In this document: piece by piece, positions 1-10,777 of the stretch | How positions within the stretch are numbered: the first letter of the stretch is position 1 | Layout: the number at the start of each line of letters is the position of its first letter | DNA from: an uncultured delta proteobacterium | Lineage (GTDB): Bacteria > Desulfobacterota > Syntrophia > Syntrophales > UBA2185 | NCBI GenBank assembly: GCA_963729715.1 | Contig: CAVSPA010000004.1 | Location: forward strand, 128,001-192,000 | Reading direction: 5' to 3' | DNA length: 64,000 nucleotides | The notes under the pieces: model-generated | What the model was told of the DNA's origin: nothing | Database searches by the model: none | What the model saw: only the letters and a program-made list of their open reading frames with translations | Position numbers and translations under genes: made by a program

Positions 1-2
1 AT

Positions 3-1127
3 CCGTCCGATGCGGACCTGATTACCCGCCTGGTTCATTTCAACAATATTTATCTTTCCAGATATCTGAATATTTTTTCGCGCAAAATATTTCAGGGCCT
101 GCACAAATGTGAACTCCATGCAAGGCCTGGCTTCGTAAAGAGTGACCTCAAGGACATAATTGTCGCCAATCCGCCTTATAGCAACCCCAGGATAGACGGG
201 CTAATCGCCGACTACCAGGCTGAGCCGGGCCGTTTTTACAGGGAGACCCCTTTCCATGCCACTTTATTTTTTAAGAAGAGCGGCCTTGCAGACGAATATC
301 TCGGATCAAGCAGAAAGAAGCGCGTGCACAGGATGGCGGAGAAATCCGCCCGCAGAATTATCGACTGGATGTTCGAAGCTATCAGGAAACGCGCGGATCT
401 GCTTGCTGATGAGCGCGCCAGAATCCTCGGCGTTCCGAGGGATCAGCTTGCGACGTCGCAGGAAGAGATGATTGAAGAATTCCTCAAGGCGGAAAACCGG
501 CTGGTCGAGGATTTCAGGCAGAAGCGGGAGATTCACGATGTTCACGACATGATAATCAATGACGTGGCGGGCATGAAGGTGATACTCGAAGATTCACAGC
601 AGGGAGAGTTGTTGAACGTCCTTCGGGATATGGAGGGATGTGAAATCGTTGAGGAGGAGCGGCATGCGGGGAAATACAATGCGACTAATGTGATCGTTCG
701 TTATGCTCCGCCGCGTGAAGAGATACTCAGTCACGACCTGAGCGAGAAGATCATCGACGTCATGCGCCTTCGAGGCTCAAGACCGGTTGATTCCAATCGC
801 GAGTTTGCAGAATTCGTCAGATCCGGTGAGGATCATATATACATGGAAATAATAGTTTCCGATTACGAAGAAATGCTGGAGAGTGAAATCGGCCGGTGCA
901 TGCACGAAGACCGGATCATCGAGCAGCGCTTGCGGCAGCCGTATAACGGGCACCTCGCAAAGAATATAGAGTACCTCATGGAGTATCTGTTTGTCTTTCC
1001 TTATTCAGCGCAGTATGAACTCGGGGAACTGCCGATCAAGCTGTGGAACCGTTACCTGCCCGATTACTTTGATGAGGTGCTGAGAAAGCTTTACCACATT
1101 CCGCGGGGCAACACGGTCGAGGAATGA
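3..1127 (+). CDS. Hypothetical protein, 5'-truncated by the window edge; divergent RelA/SpoT synthetase-like nucleotidyltransferase motifs
   Basis: The frame of ORF 324..1127 is open back to position 3 (PSDADLITRLVHFNN...). Motifs RKKRVHRMAEK, DVAGMKVI, KYNATNVIV and EIIVSDYEEMLESEIGRCMH occur in RSH synthetase order. Confidence 0.6.
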   Translation, partial: PSDADLITRLVHFNNIYLSRYLNIFSRKIFQGLHKCELHARPGFVKSDLKDIIVANPPYSNPRIDGLIADYQAEPGRFYRETPFHATLFFKKSGLADEYLGSSRKKRVHRMAEKSARRIIDWMFEAIRKRADLLADERARILGVPRDQLATSQEEMIEEFLKAENRLVEDFRQKREIHDVHDMIINDVAGMKVILEDSQQGELLNVLRDMEGCEIVEEERHAGKYNATNVIVRYAPPREEILSHDLSEKIIDVMRLRGSRPVDSNREFAEFVRSGEDHIYMEIIVSDYEEMLESEIGRCMHEDRIIEQRLRQPYNGHLAKNIEYLMEYLFVFPYSAQYELGELPIKLWNRYLPDYFDEVLRKLYHIPRGNTVEE

Positions 1128-1173
1128 AGTCCCCCGGGTGCAAGAAATACCCTTAAGGCAAAGAATATTCTTC

Positions 1174-1710
1174 TTAGGAAGGAAAGAGTTTTAATATCTC
1201 CGGAAGCAGCGAATTTCTGTTAGTCTCTATCATCACGAAAAGCTCAACATCATCGCGTTTCTTAATCTCTTCGATAATGCCTTCGCCCTTGCGGGCGATG
1301 GTGGCAATGACGGGCCTCTCCTCTGCGAGTATTGTTTTCAATAATTTTTTGAATCTATCGGAAATGCATTCCATCTTGCCTATTTCGTCGATTATGATCA
1401 GGCCGGTTTCGGGACCGAAAAACGTGATATGTTCGAGAAAATCGTCAAAGGCGGCAATATCTACGCCGTACTTTCCCACTCTGTGACGCCCGGTGATGTC
1501 CGTGTGGGAAAGCATTCCCCTCCTGCCGTCAAGGCTAACCAAAGAAAATCCCTTGCGGATGCCTTTTATGCGCATCTCCTCCGTGTAGAAACCGGCAGGA
1601 TTAAGATTCCGCAAGTCATGTGAGATTCTTCTGATAAGCGTCGTCTTACCTATGCCCGGGGAGCCTGTTATGAGGATGTTTTTTTTTCGCATGGTAAAAC
1701 TCATTGACAC
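1174..1710 (-). CDS. Nucleoside triphosphatase, THEP1/NTPase_1 (COG1618-like) family
   Basis: Walker A GSPGIGKTT, GFYTEE, VGKYGV, Walker B IIDEIGKME. True start probably at MRKKNIL (about 1692). Confidence 0.9.
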   Translation of the reverse strand: MSMSFTMRKKNILITGSPGIGKTTLIRRISHDLRNLNPAGFYTEEMRIKGIRKGFSLVSLDGRRGMLSHTDITGRHRVGKYGVDIAAFDDFLEHITFFGPETGLIIIDEIGKMECISDRFKKLLKTILAEERPVIATIARKGEGIIEEIKKRDDVELFVMIETNRNSLLPEILKLFPS

Positions 1711-1878
1711 TCGGGAGCGCTTTTCCTATACTTTAGACCATCAAAGAATGTCATCAAAAAGTCTATCAAAGTCAAACGGGTTTTTCATTGAAAAAGATTT
1801 CTCGAGTACCTCCCGGATATGGCCGGATATGGATTGAACTATATTCGAAAACACGCACAGAGGTAAACGGGGCAGGAC

Positions 1879-4800
1879 ATGGGTCTGAAAATATTCACCA
1901 GCAACAGATTGGAAACCCTGGCAGAGAAACTCAGTGAGGTCCTCAGGGCGCCCCTTTCTTCGCCTCTGGAGAAAGAGGTGATTATTGTGCAGAGCCGGGG
2001 CATGGAACGCTGGGTCTCCATGCGGCTGGCGCATCATCTCGGCGTGTCGGCAAATATCTCCTTTGCCTTCCCCAAAGCATTTGTGTCGCGCGTAATGTCT
2101 GCGGTAATGCCGGAGTGTCTGCAGAATCAGGCCACCGATCCGGACGCAATGACTTGGAAGGTCATGGGATTGCTTCCTTCATTTTTAAAAAGCCCCGGCT
2201 TCGAAACTATCGATGTCTATCTCTCTGGCAACAATGCCGCTTTCGAGGAGAAGGGACTGCGCTTTGACCTGAAGCTCTTCCAGCTTGCGGAACGGATAGC
2301 GCATGTTTTTGATCAGTATCTGATCTTCCGGCCCGAGATGGTGATGTCCTGGGAGGAGGGAGCAGCGGGCGGGAAAGAGGAGAATTGGCAGGCGGAAGTA
2401 TGGCGTGCATTGATGAAGGGAGACCGTTCTTACCACCCTGCGAGGCTCCGGGATGAGTTTCTTAAAAAAATTAAATACGAGAGCATTGACGCAGATCTTC
2501 TGCCGGAGAGGATTTCAGTCTTCGGCATCTCATCGCTACCGCGTTTTCATCTGGACATCATTCATGCACTTGCCGGCTCAATAGACGTCAATTTTTTCCT
2601 CATGAGCCCGTCGCAGGAATTCTGGCTTGATATCCGCTCCGACAGGGAGATGAGGCGGGAGCTGTCAAGAGTGAGGGAGAAGAGGGGGCGGCAGAGCCCT
2701 ACCGAAGAGTCATTATACCTGGAAAGGGGCAACAGCTTGCTCTCATCGTTGGGTTCACTCGGAAGGGAATTTTTTGGCAGCATGTCTGATTTCCAGGCGG
2801 AATATTGTGATTCCTTCGCGGACGGCGGCGAGAAAAACATGCTTCCCGCGATACAGTCGGACATGCTCAATTTGCGGGACAGGGGCAGGAAGGATGATGA
2901 CGCGCCGCTCGTTATCTCTGATGATGACTCGTCGATACAGATCCATTCGTGTCACAGTAAGATGCGGGAGGTTGAGGTTCTCTACGACAATGTTCTGGCC
3001 ATGTTCGAAGAAAACCCTTCACTGATGCCCAAGGATATCCTGGTTATGACACCGGATATTGAAGCGTATGCACCCTTCATAGAGGCCGTCTTTGATATTC
3101 CCGAAAGCAGGGAATCGACTGAGAGGCAGCGCATCCCCTTCAGCATAGCCGATATCAGTGTGAAGACAGAGGTTGAGATCACCGACACCTTCTTTGAGAT
3201 ATTAGACCTTTACGGGAGCAGGTTTGAAGTCTCGCGCATCATTTCCATCCTCGAATCGACCCATGTGGGCAGGAAGTTCGACCTCTCCGAGAAGGATGTT
3301 GCCACAATCAGATGGTGGGTTGGGGACACGCGTATCTACTGGGGGATCGATGAAGAAAATCGCCGGCACGTCGGATTTTCGGGTATTTCGGAAAATACCT
3401 GGAAAGCGGGGCTGGAGCGTCTGCTCCTCGGTTATGCGATGCCCGGGAAGGATGATCGGCTTTTTGAAGATATTCTGCCTTACGATGATATTGAAGGCGG
3501 AGAAGCAGCGGTTCTGGGGCGTTTCGCAACTTTTGTTAGTGAGCTCTTCATGGAAGCAGGCAACCTCGGCCACTTGATGACTATCGATGCCTGGTCGCGG
3601 ACACTCGTTGGCATTCTCGATAAATTTTTTCAGATTGATGATGATATCGAATCGGGAAGGGGCCTCTATGTTTTCAGACAGAAGCTCAGGGGACTGGAGG
3701 GCATGCGGGTCGATTCAGGATTCTCTGAGACTTTAGGGCTCGACGTAATAAAATATTATTTGAGGCATGTCCTTGGGGAAGAAACTCTCGGCGCCGGTTT
3801 CCTCACGGGCGGAATGACGTTCTGTGCGATGCTGCCTATGCGGAGTATTCCCTTTAAGGTCATATGCCTTCTCGGCATGAATAACAACAGTTTTCCCCGC
3901 CAGTCGAGGTCCTTGGGCTTTGACCTGATGTTAAAATCGCCGCGGCCGGGTGATCCGTCGCGGCGAAACGATGACCGTTATCTTTTCCTTGAGGCTATTC
4001 TATCGGCAAGGGAACGGTTATACATCAGCTATGTCGGCCAGAGCATAGAGGACAATAGCCTTATCCCGCCTTCTGTGCTTGTCAGTGAACTTCTCGATTA
4101 TCTGAAGCAGGGCTTCACAATATGCGGGAGAGATATTTCCGAGCACGTCATAACAAGGCATCGGCTGCAGGCATTCAATCCCGCATACTTCCGCGGCAAT
4201 CGGGGGTTGTTCAGCTATTCCGAGGAGGATTGCAGAGCCGCGCGCAGCCTGCTCAGTCCCGGTGCATCTCCTCTTGCATTCATAGACACTGTGCTTTCCG
4301 AACCGGGAGACGAATGGAAGACCGTTGATTTGAGCGACCTCATGAGCTTCTTCAGGAATCCGGGGAGATTCATCCTGCAGAGGCGCCTTGGCGTGATCCT
4401 CGGAGATGAGGCAGAGATTCTGCGTGAGGAAGAATTATTCGATCTTGCGGGTCTCGAGAAATACAGCCTTGAACAGACTCTTGTGGAGAAGGTCCTTGCA
4501 GGATGGAACCTCGACGACTACTTTTCCGTGGCCAAGGCGTCCGGGCAGCTTCCCTACGGCACGGTCGGGTCTTACCGCTATAGAAGTCTCGCTCAAGGTG
4601 CTGCGGAATTTGCCGCGCGGATTCGTCCCTATCTCGTGAGTGATAGACTGGCGCCGCTAAATATCAATATGGCGATTTCCGGATTCACCCTCACCGGCCG
4701 CATCGATTCCATTCATGCGGGCGGTCTGACACAGTTCCGGTATGCAAGGCTTAGGGCAATAGACTTCCTGCAGGCGTGGCTGCGACAGCTCGTCTTGAAT

Positions 4801-5193
4801 GCCGCAGGGAATGGTGACTATCCGCGCCGGGGCTTTCTCTTTGGCAGTACGGCATCGTGCGAATATACGCGGGTCGATGAGCCTGAGGAGATACTTCAGA
4901 AATTGCTAAAAGCATACGCGACAGGCCTCTCCCAGCCGCTCAAATTTTTTCCCGACAGTTCATGGGCATATGCAGAGACGGTGCTTATCAAGGGAAGGTC
5001 GAAAGACGCAGGGATAGAGGAGGCAAAGAAGGTTTGGGAGGGGAGCGATTTCGCTGAAAGACCGGGGGAACGTGATGACCCATATTTCAGCCTGTGCTTC
5101 CGTAATGCAGATCCCATCGATGCTGAGTTTCAGGGGATTGCGGAGGATATCTTTGCGCCGCTTATCGCGCATCAGAAAAATCTTGAGCCATAA
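1879..5193 (+). CDS. recC: Exodeoxyribonuclease V subunit gamma
   Basis: SNRLETL, IIVQSRGMERW, IHSCHSKMREVEVL, LPMRSIPFKVICLLGMN, DDRYLFLEAILSARERLYISYVG; 1104 aa, upstream of recB/recD. Confidence 0.96.
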   Translation: MGLKIFTSNRLETLAEKLSEVLRAPLSSPLEKEVIIVQSRGMERWVSMRLAHHLGVSANISFAFPKAFVSRVMSAVMPECLQNQATDPDAMTWKVMGLLPSFLKSPGFETIDVYLSGNNAAFEEKGLRFDLKLFQLAERIAHVFDQYLIFRPEMVMSWEEGAAGGKEENWQAEVWRALMKGDRSYHPARLRDEFLKKIKYESIDADLLPERISVFGISSLPRFHLDIIHALAGSIDVNFFLMSPSQEFWLDIRSDREMRRELSRVREKRGRQSPTEESLYLERGNSLLSSLGSLGREFFGSMSDFQAEYCDSFADGGEKNMLPAIQSDMLNLRDRGRKDDDAPLVISDDDSSIQIHSCHSKMREVEVLYDNVLAMFEENPSLMPKDILVMTPDIEAYAPFIEAVFDIPESRESTERQRIPFSIADISVKTEVEITDTFFEILDLYGSRFEVSRIISILESTHVGRKFDLSEKDVATIRWWVGDTRIYWGIDEENRRHVGFSGISENTWKAGLERLLLGYAMPGKDDRLFEDILPYDDIEGGEAAVLGRFATFVSELFMEAGNLGHLMTIDAWSRTLVGILDKFFQIDDDIESGRGLYVFRQKLRGLEGMRVDSGFSETLGLDVIKYYLRHVLGEETLGAGFLTGGMTFCAMLPMRSIPFKVICLLGMNNNSFPRQSRSLGFDLMLKSPRPGDPSRRNDDRYLFLEAILSARERLYISYVGQSIEDNSLIPPSVLVSELLDYLKQGFTICGRDISEHVITRHRLQAFNPAYFRGNRGLFSYSEEDCRAARSLLSPGASPLAFIDTVLSEPGDEWKTVDLSDLMSFFRNPGRFILQRRLGVILGDEAEILREEELFDLAGLEKYSLEQTLVEKVLAGWNLDDYFSVAKASGQLPYGTVGSYRYRSLAQGAAEFAARIRPYLVSDRLAPLNINMAISGFTLTGRIDSIHAGGLTQFRYARLRAIDFLQAWLRQLVLNAAGNGDYPRRGFLFGSTASCEYTRVDEPEEILQKLLKAYATGLSQPLKFFPDSSWAYAETVLIKGRSKDAGIEEAKKVWEGSDFAERPGERDDPYFSLCFRNADPIDAEFQGIAEDIFAPLIAHQKNLEP

Positions 5194-5225
5194 GGGATTG
5201 ATGTAAACGGGATGATTGGAGACAC

Positions 5226-8200
5226 ATGAAAAAATTTGATCCGCTTAACAGTCCCCTTGACGGGAAAAATCTTATTGAGGCCGCAGCGGGCACGGGAAAG
5301 ACCTATGCTGTAACGTGCCTTTTTGTCCGCCTCATCATCGAGAAGAGGCTGCCTGTCAGAGACATACTCGTGGTCACCTTTACCGTCGCGGCTACCGAAG
5401 AGCTGAAGGACAGGGTCCGGAAAATACTCAAAGATGCCCTGGATTCATTTACCTGGGGGCGAAGTGACGAAGTTTTCTTAAGAGGGCTTTTGGAAAAATA
5501 TCCTGATGAAGCTGACCGGAAGATAGCAGTAGAGACGCTCACAGCTGCCGTCAGGGATTTCGATGAGGCGGCAATTTTTACCATTCACGGCTTCTGCCAG
5601 AGGATGCTTTATGAGAACGCCTTTGAGAGCGGCGCCCTCTTTGATGTGGAACTGGTGACAAATCAGGAAGACCTGCGAAAGGAGATAGTGGAGGATTTCT
5701 GGAGACGACATTTTTACGACGCCCTTCCGGAGTTGGTGGAGTACGCCATGAATCGGGACTTCAATCCCAGATATTTCCTCAAATTGTTGGACAATAACGC
5801 CATGAACCCCGATGTCATAATAGTTCCGGAAGTGGATCCTCCGGAGACCGGCGCAATTGCCGGGGCGCTGACGGTCTTCGAAGGGGAAGTCAGCAGTCTT
5901 CGCGAGATGTGGAAGAGTTCGAAGGGAGAAATCGTGGCAATGCTGAAAAGCCCGGGTCTCAAGGCTAATATCTACGGCAGCAGGGTGCCTGCCATGGTAG
6001 AGGCCATGCAAGGTTTTCTTGCATCAGACGGGCAACACTTGATGCTGTTTAGAGATTTTGAAAAATTCACACAGGTAAAAATCAGCGCATCATTAAAGAA
6101 GGGTGCCGAACCTACGTGCCATGAGTTTTTCGCTTTGTGCCAGGACGCCGCTGTCACGGCGCGTGCAGTGAGAGATCTCATGGAAAGACATCTTCTATTT
6201 CTCAAGACCGAGATGATCAGAACTGCCCGGAGGGAGATCGCCGCCCGGAAGGGCCTGCGGAACATCATGTTTTATGATGATCTGCTGTTGAAAATGCGGT
6301 CAGCGTTGGAAGGAGCGGGGGGTGACGTCCTTGCGGCAGCAATCAGGCGCAAATACAAGTCTGCGATAATCGACGAATTTCAGGATACGGACACAATTCA
6401 GTACGCTATTTTCCACACCATTTTTGGAAGGGAAGGTGGAGACCTTTTTCTCATCGGCGATCCTAAACAGACTATATTCGACTTCCGGGGTGCGGATGTG
6501 TTTGCCTACATGAAGGCGGCATCCGTCGTGGAAACGAAATATGCCCTCCGCGAGAACTGGCGGTCCGAACCAGGATTGGTGAAGGCTGTCAATACTCTCT
6601 TCTCGCACAGAGATAACGCTTTCGTTCATGAGAGGATTCATTTTCAACCGGCTGAGGCGGCCTGCGGTAAAGTTCACAGATATCTGAAAGTGAAAGGCAA
6701 GCTCGAAGCGCCGTTACACCTGTGGATCGTTCCTACAGAGAGACACGCGGCCGCCGCAAAAGGCCTGGCGAAGGGCAGGGCGAGGTCTCTGATTTGCCGT
6801 GCCGTGGCATCTGAGATAGCGAGATTGCTGGAATTGGGCAGGGAAGGGAAAGCGCAGATCGGAGAGGAACCCATACACGAGGGAGATATCGCCGTTCTGG
6901 TAAGGACCAATAGGGAGGCAATGCTTATTCAAGACTCTCTCTCTGAAATAGGCATTCCGAGTGTCCTCCATATGAAGGAAAATATCTTTGATTCCCGCGA
7001 AGCAATGGAAGTGGAAAGGGTATTGACGGGGATTGTCTATCCGGATCGTGGAGGACTCGTAAGGGGAGCCTTGACTTCCGATATGATGGGCGTATGCGGC
7101 GAGGATCTGGATAGATTCACGAAGGACGAAAACGAATGGAAGATATGGATCGAGCGTTTCTGGAATTACCATGAAATCTGGCTTGCACATGGGTTTATCA
7201 GGATGTTCAGGCAATTCGTGGCTGCAGAACATGTCAAAGAGCGTCTTCTCGGGTATCCTGACGGCGAGCGACGGCTGACCAATGTTCTGCATCTCTCTGA
7301 ACTACTGCAGCGCGAGTCTGCAGGAAAGAGGCTGGGACCGATGTCACTCCTCAGGTGGCTTATGAAGCAAAGGGGGTCCCAAACCGTGCGATCCGATGAA
7401 GATCAGATCCGGCTGGAAAGCGACGAAAAGGCAGTGAAGGTCGTTACCGTCCATAAGAGCAAGGGCCTCGAGTATCCCGTTGTCTTTTGTCCTTTTGTGT
7501 GGGGAGATTCGAATGTCAAGGGCGATGTGTTGTCTTTTCATGATGAACACAATGATTGGAGATTGACCTGCGACATCGGATCATCCGACCGGGAATGCAG
7601 TAAAGAGAGTGCGCGAAAGGAGCTTCTCGCTGAAAATGTCCGTCTTCTCTATGTAGCTCTTACCAGGGCAAGGCATCGATGTTATTTGGTTTGGGGAAAA
7701 TTCAATGAGGCAGGAACTTCAGCTCCTGCATATCTGTTCCACAGGTGCGCGGCGGAGTCCTCCGGCGATGTCATCGATGCGACTGATGAGCGGTTCTGTA
7801 ATTTGGGCGATAAGGAACTTTTCGACGACATTGCACATGTTGTACAAAAGTCCGAAGGCACCATAGATGCCCACGAGATGCCCGTCTCTGCAACGAGTCA
7901 ATACCGCGCGCGCAACGATAAGGGCGAGAGCATAGAGTGCCGCCGTTTTTCTCGGACCATTGACAGATCCTGGAAGATAACGAGCTTCTCTTACCTCACT
8001 TCCGATAGACCCCACGTTGCGGATCTCCCGGACAGGGATACCGGTCCTCACATGGATATTTCCGATGAAGATGCGACCGGCTCTCAGGCGTCGGGTATCT
8101 TCGCATTCCCTAAAGGCGCGAGGGCGGGGAGTTTTCTGCATGACATCATGGAGCATATGGATTATGCGCAAAAAGATATGGACGCGGCAAGAGCCCTCGT

Positions 8201-8846
8201 TTCGCAGAAACTGCCTGAATACGGCTTCGAGGATAAGTGGGTTGATACAGTCGTCTCCATGCTGAAGAATGTCGTCGACATGCCTCTTGATTCCGAGGAC
8301 GGCAGGTTGAAGCTCGCGGCTGTAAACGTCCGCGACCGCATCAATGAAGTTGAATTCTATTTTCCACTGAGGCGCATTTCTCCGGAAGTGCTCAGGTCAA
8401 TTTATAATGTTGCCGGATCGAGGCGTAAAACGGAAGGCGTGCGGGCAATTCCTGAGATTATGGAGAAGCTCCGGTTCAGCCCCGCGCGGGGATACATGAA
8501 AGGCTACATGGACATGGTGTTCAGCCACGCGAACAGGTTTTACTTGGTTGACTGGAAATCAAACTTCTTAGGCGGCCAGGCGACTGATTACAACAGAGAT
8601 GCACTTTCCCGCGTGATGGCGGAGTCCTTTTACTTTCTCCAATATCATATCTATACAGTGGCTCTGAATAAGTTTCTGCAACTGCGGATCTCCGATTATA
8701 AATATGAGACACATTTCGGGGGAGTGTATTATCTATTCCTCCGCGGAATGGATCCTGCCTGCGGCCCGGGTTGCGGAATTTATTATGACCGCCCGGAGGA
8801 GCGACTCATCAGGAACTTGACCGAGACCTTGATTGGCGAAGCTTAA
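5226..8846 (+). CDS. recB: Exodeoxyribonuclease V subunit beta
   Basis: IEAAAGTGKT, IDEFQDTD, IGDPKQ, TVHKSKGLEYPVVF, LLYVALTRA, C-terminal nuclease GYMDMVF...LVDWKSN. Confidence 0.97.
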   Translation: MKKFDPLNSPLDGKNLIEAAAGTGKTYAVTCLFVRLIIEKRLPVRDILVVTFTVAATEELKDRVRKILKDALDSFTWGRSDEVFLRGLLEKYPDEADRKIAVETLTAAVRDFDEAAIFTIHGFCQRMLYENAFESGALFDVELVTNQEDLRKEIVEDFWRRHFYDALPELVEYAMNRDFNPRYFLKLLDNNAMNPDVIIVPEVDPPETGAIAGALTVFEGEVSSLREMWKSSKGEIVAMLKSPGLKANIYGSRVPAMVEAMQGFLASDGQHLMLFRDFEKFTQVKISASLKKGAEPTCHEFFALCQDAAVTARAVRDLMERHLLFLKTEMIRTARREIAARKGLRNIMFYDDLLLKMRSALEGAGGDVLAAAIRRKYKSAIIDEFQDTDTIQYAIFHTIFGREGGDLFLIGDPKQTIFDFRGADVFAYMKAASVVETKYALRENWRSEPGLVKAVNTLFSHRDNAFVHERIHFQPAEAACGKVHRYLKVKGKLEAPLHLWIVPTERHAAAAKGLAKGRARSLICRAVASEIARLLELGREGKAQIGEEPIHEGDIAVLVRTNREAMLIQDSLSEIGIPSVLHMKENIFDSREAMEVERVLTGIVYPDRGGLVRGALTSDMMGVCGEDLDRFTKDENEWKIWIERFWNYHEIWLAHGFIRMFRQFVAAEHVKERLLGYPDGERRLTNVLHLSELLQRESAGKRLGPMSLLRWLMKQRGSQTVRSDEDQIRLESDEKAVKVVTVHKSKGLEYPVVFCPFVWGDSNVKGDVLSFHDEHNDWRLTCDIGSSDRECSKESARKELLAENVRLLYVALTRARHRCYLVWGKFNEAGTSAPAYLFHRCAAESSGDVIDATDERFCNLGDKELFDDIAHVVQKSEGTIDAHEMPVSATSQYRARNDKGESIECRRFSRTIDRSWKITSFSYLTSDRPHVADLPDRDTGPHMDISDEDATGSQASGIFAFPKGARAGSFLHDIMEHMDYAQKDMDAARALVSQKLPEYGFEDKWVDTVVSMLKNVVDMPLDSEDGRLKLAAVNVRDRINEVEFYFPLRRISPEVLRSIYNVAGSRRKTEGVRAIPEIMEKLRFSPARGYMKGYMDMVFSHANRFYLVDWKSNFLGGQATDYNRDALSRVMAESFYFLQYHIYTVALNKFLQLRISDYKYETHFGGVYYLFLRGMDPACGPGCGIYYDRPEERLIRNLTETLIGEA

Positions 8847-8857
8847 GAGCGTCGCAG

Positions 8858-10738
8858 GTGTTAATCATGAATGGAACACAGCCTAGCCTCGATAAGAAGT
8901 ACTTTTCCGACCTGGATATTCACTTTGCCAGCTTCATGGGACGACTTTCGGAAAGCCATGCACCTGAGATTCTGCTTGCCGCGGCACTGGTCAGCCGTTT
9001 CACGAGAGAGGGGAACATATGCCTTGACCTCCGATCCGTAGAAGGCACGCTCTTAAACAGTGACAATGATGGTGCGGATGCGATGGTACTGCCGGCGTTG
9101 GCAGAATGGTCTCTCACCCTTGAAGAATGTAAAGTTGTGGGAAGGCCCGGTGACTTTAAACCCCTCATCCTCGACAGTCGGTCGCGCCTATATCTCTATC
9201 GCTATTGGGATTATGAAAGGACGCTTGCCGATTTCATCAAAGGTCGGATCGGAATCGCAGAGAATAATAGTAGGCCTGGTCTTGGAGAAGCAGATACGGC
9301 GCTATTCAGGGGGAGTCTGTTCAGGTTGTTTCCTGCGACACCGGATGATGGAGATACGGACTGGGCGAGGATTGCCGCGGTCACGGCGTTCCTGAAGAGA
9401 TTTTGCGTGATATCCGGCAGTCCCGGCACGGGCAAGACAACTGTCGTGGCAAAGGTATTGGCACTTCTCTTAGAGCAGTCAAACGGTAAAGAGCTGAAGA
9501 TCGCACTGGCTGCTCCAACGGGTAAGGCTGCATTTCGTCTCCAAGAGTCGATCAGGAAGAACAGGGAGGGATTGGCGTCGCCGGACGCCGTCAAGGCGGC
9601 CATTCCCGACAATGCAACGACCATCCACCGCCTTCTCGGTAATTTAAGAAATTCGCCCTACTTCCGGCACAATGAAAAGAACCCTCTCGCATTTAATCTG
9701 GTCGTTATAGACGAGGCGTCCATGGTTGACCTGCCGCTCATGTCCAAACTTGTCCGGGCAATGCCGCCGGAGGCGAGATTAATTCTTCTCGGAGACAGGG
9801 ATCAGCTCTCTTCTGTGGAGGCTGGTGCTGTCCTCGGCGATATCTGCGGGATCGGAGAGACGAGACCGTATTCATCTGATTTTGCCGGCGCCCTGAAAAC
9901 ACTCACGGGGCGGGTTCCTGCGGGTACCGATGCCGTCAGCACACCCGGCATCCAGGACTGCATCGCGGGGCTCAAGAAGAACTACCGCTTTGAAAAAGAT
10001 TCGGGAATAAGCAGGGCGTGTAATGAAGTAAATGCAGGGAACAGCCAGGGCGCCATGGAGGTCTTGAGGTCGGAAGCATACGGAGATATCTCCTGGTCGG
10101 ATATAAGGAGGCCGGATGCTGTGATTTCGGCGGTAAGAAAAGTTATAAACAAAAGGTTTAGTAATTATTCGCAAGTCATTGATTTACATGATAATGTGGA
10201 GCATGCCCTAGATTTCTTCGAAGAGTTTCGTATTCTCTGCGCCGTAAGGCAAGGGCCTCTCGGCGTGGCGGCTGTCAACCGGATTGTTGAGAGCATTCTC
10301 AAGGAGGCCGGCCTTATAAGACAGGAAGGACGGTGGTACAGCGGGAGGCCGGTGATGGTTACGCGAAATGACTATAACCTCAGGCTCTTCAACGGAGATG
10401 TCGGCATTATCCTGCCTGACAATGGCGAGGATAATGAATTGCGGGCCTTCTTCAGGGATGTCGGGGGCAATATTAGGAAGTTCCCGCCTGTGATGTTACC
10501 AGAGCATGAAACTGTTTTCGCCATGACGGTTCATAAGAGCCAGGGCTCCGAGTTCGAAAATGTTCTGTTCATTCTCCCTGATTATGATTCTCCCGTGCTG
10601 ACCCGCGAGCTTGTCTATACAGGAATTACAAGGGCGAAAAAGCATGTGGAGATATGGGGAAGTGAGGGGATCTTTCGCGCCGCCGTATCAAGACGCATCA
10701 TACGCACGTCAGGGCTATATGACGCACTCTATACTTAA
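8858..10738 (+). CDS. recD: Exodeoxyribonuclease V subunit alpha
   Basis: ISGSPGTGKTT, AAPTGKAA, TIHRLLG, IDEASMVD, LGDRDQL, AMTVHKSQGSEF, YTGITRAK. Confidence 0.97.
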   Translation: MLIMNGTQPSLDKKYFSDLDIHFASFMGRLSESHAPEILLAAALVSRFTREGNICLDLRSVEGTLLNSDNDGADAMVLPALAEWSLTLEECKVVGRPGDFKPLILDSRSRLYLYRYWDYERTLADFIKGRIGIAENNSRPGLGEADTALFRGSLFRLFPATPDDGDTDWARIAAVTAFLKRFCVISGSPGTGKTTVVAKVLALLLEQSNGKELKIALAAPTGKAAFRLQESIRKNREGLASPDAVKAAIPDNATTIHRLLGNLRNSPYFRHNEKNPLAFNLVVIDEASMVDLPLMSKLVRAMPPEARLILLGDRDQLSSVEAGAVLGDICGIGETRPYSSDFAGALKTLTGRVPAGTDAVSTPGIQDCIAGLKKNYRFEKDSGISRACNEVNAGNSQGAMEVLRSEAYGDISWSDIRRPDAVISAVRKVINKRFSNYSQVIDLHDNVEHALDFFEEFRILCAVRQGPLGVAAVNRIVESILKEAGLIRQEGRWYSGRPVMVTRNDYNLRLFNGDVGIILPDNGEDNELRAFFRDVGGNIRKFPPVMLPEHETVFAMTVHKSQGSEFENVLFILPDYDSPVLTRELVYTGITRAKKHVEIWGSEGIFRAAVSRRIIRTSGLYDALYT

Positions 10739-10777
10739 TGATACGGCGAAACTTATCTGATCAGGTTTGTGGTTGAA

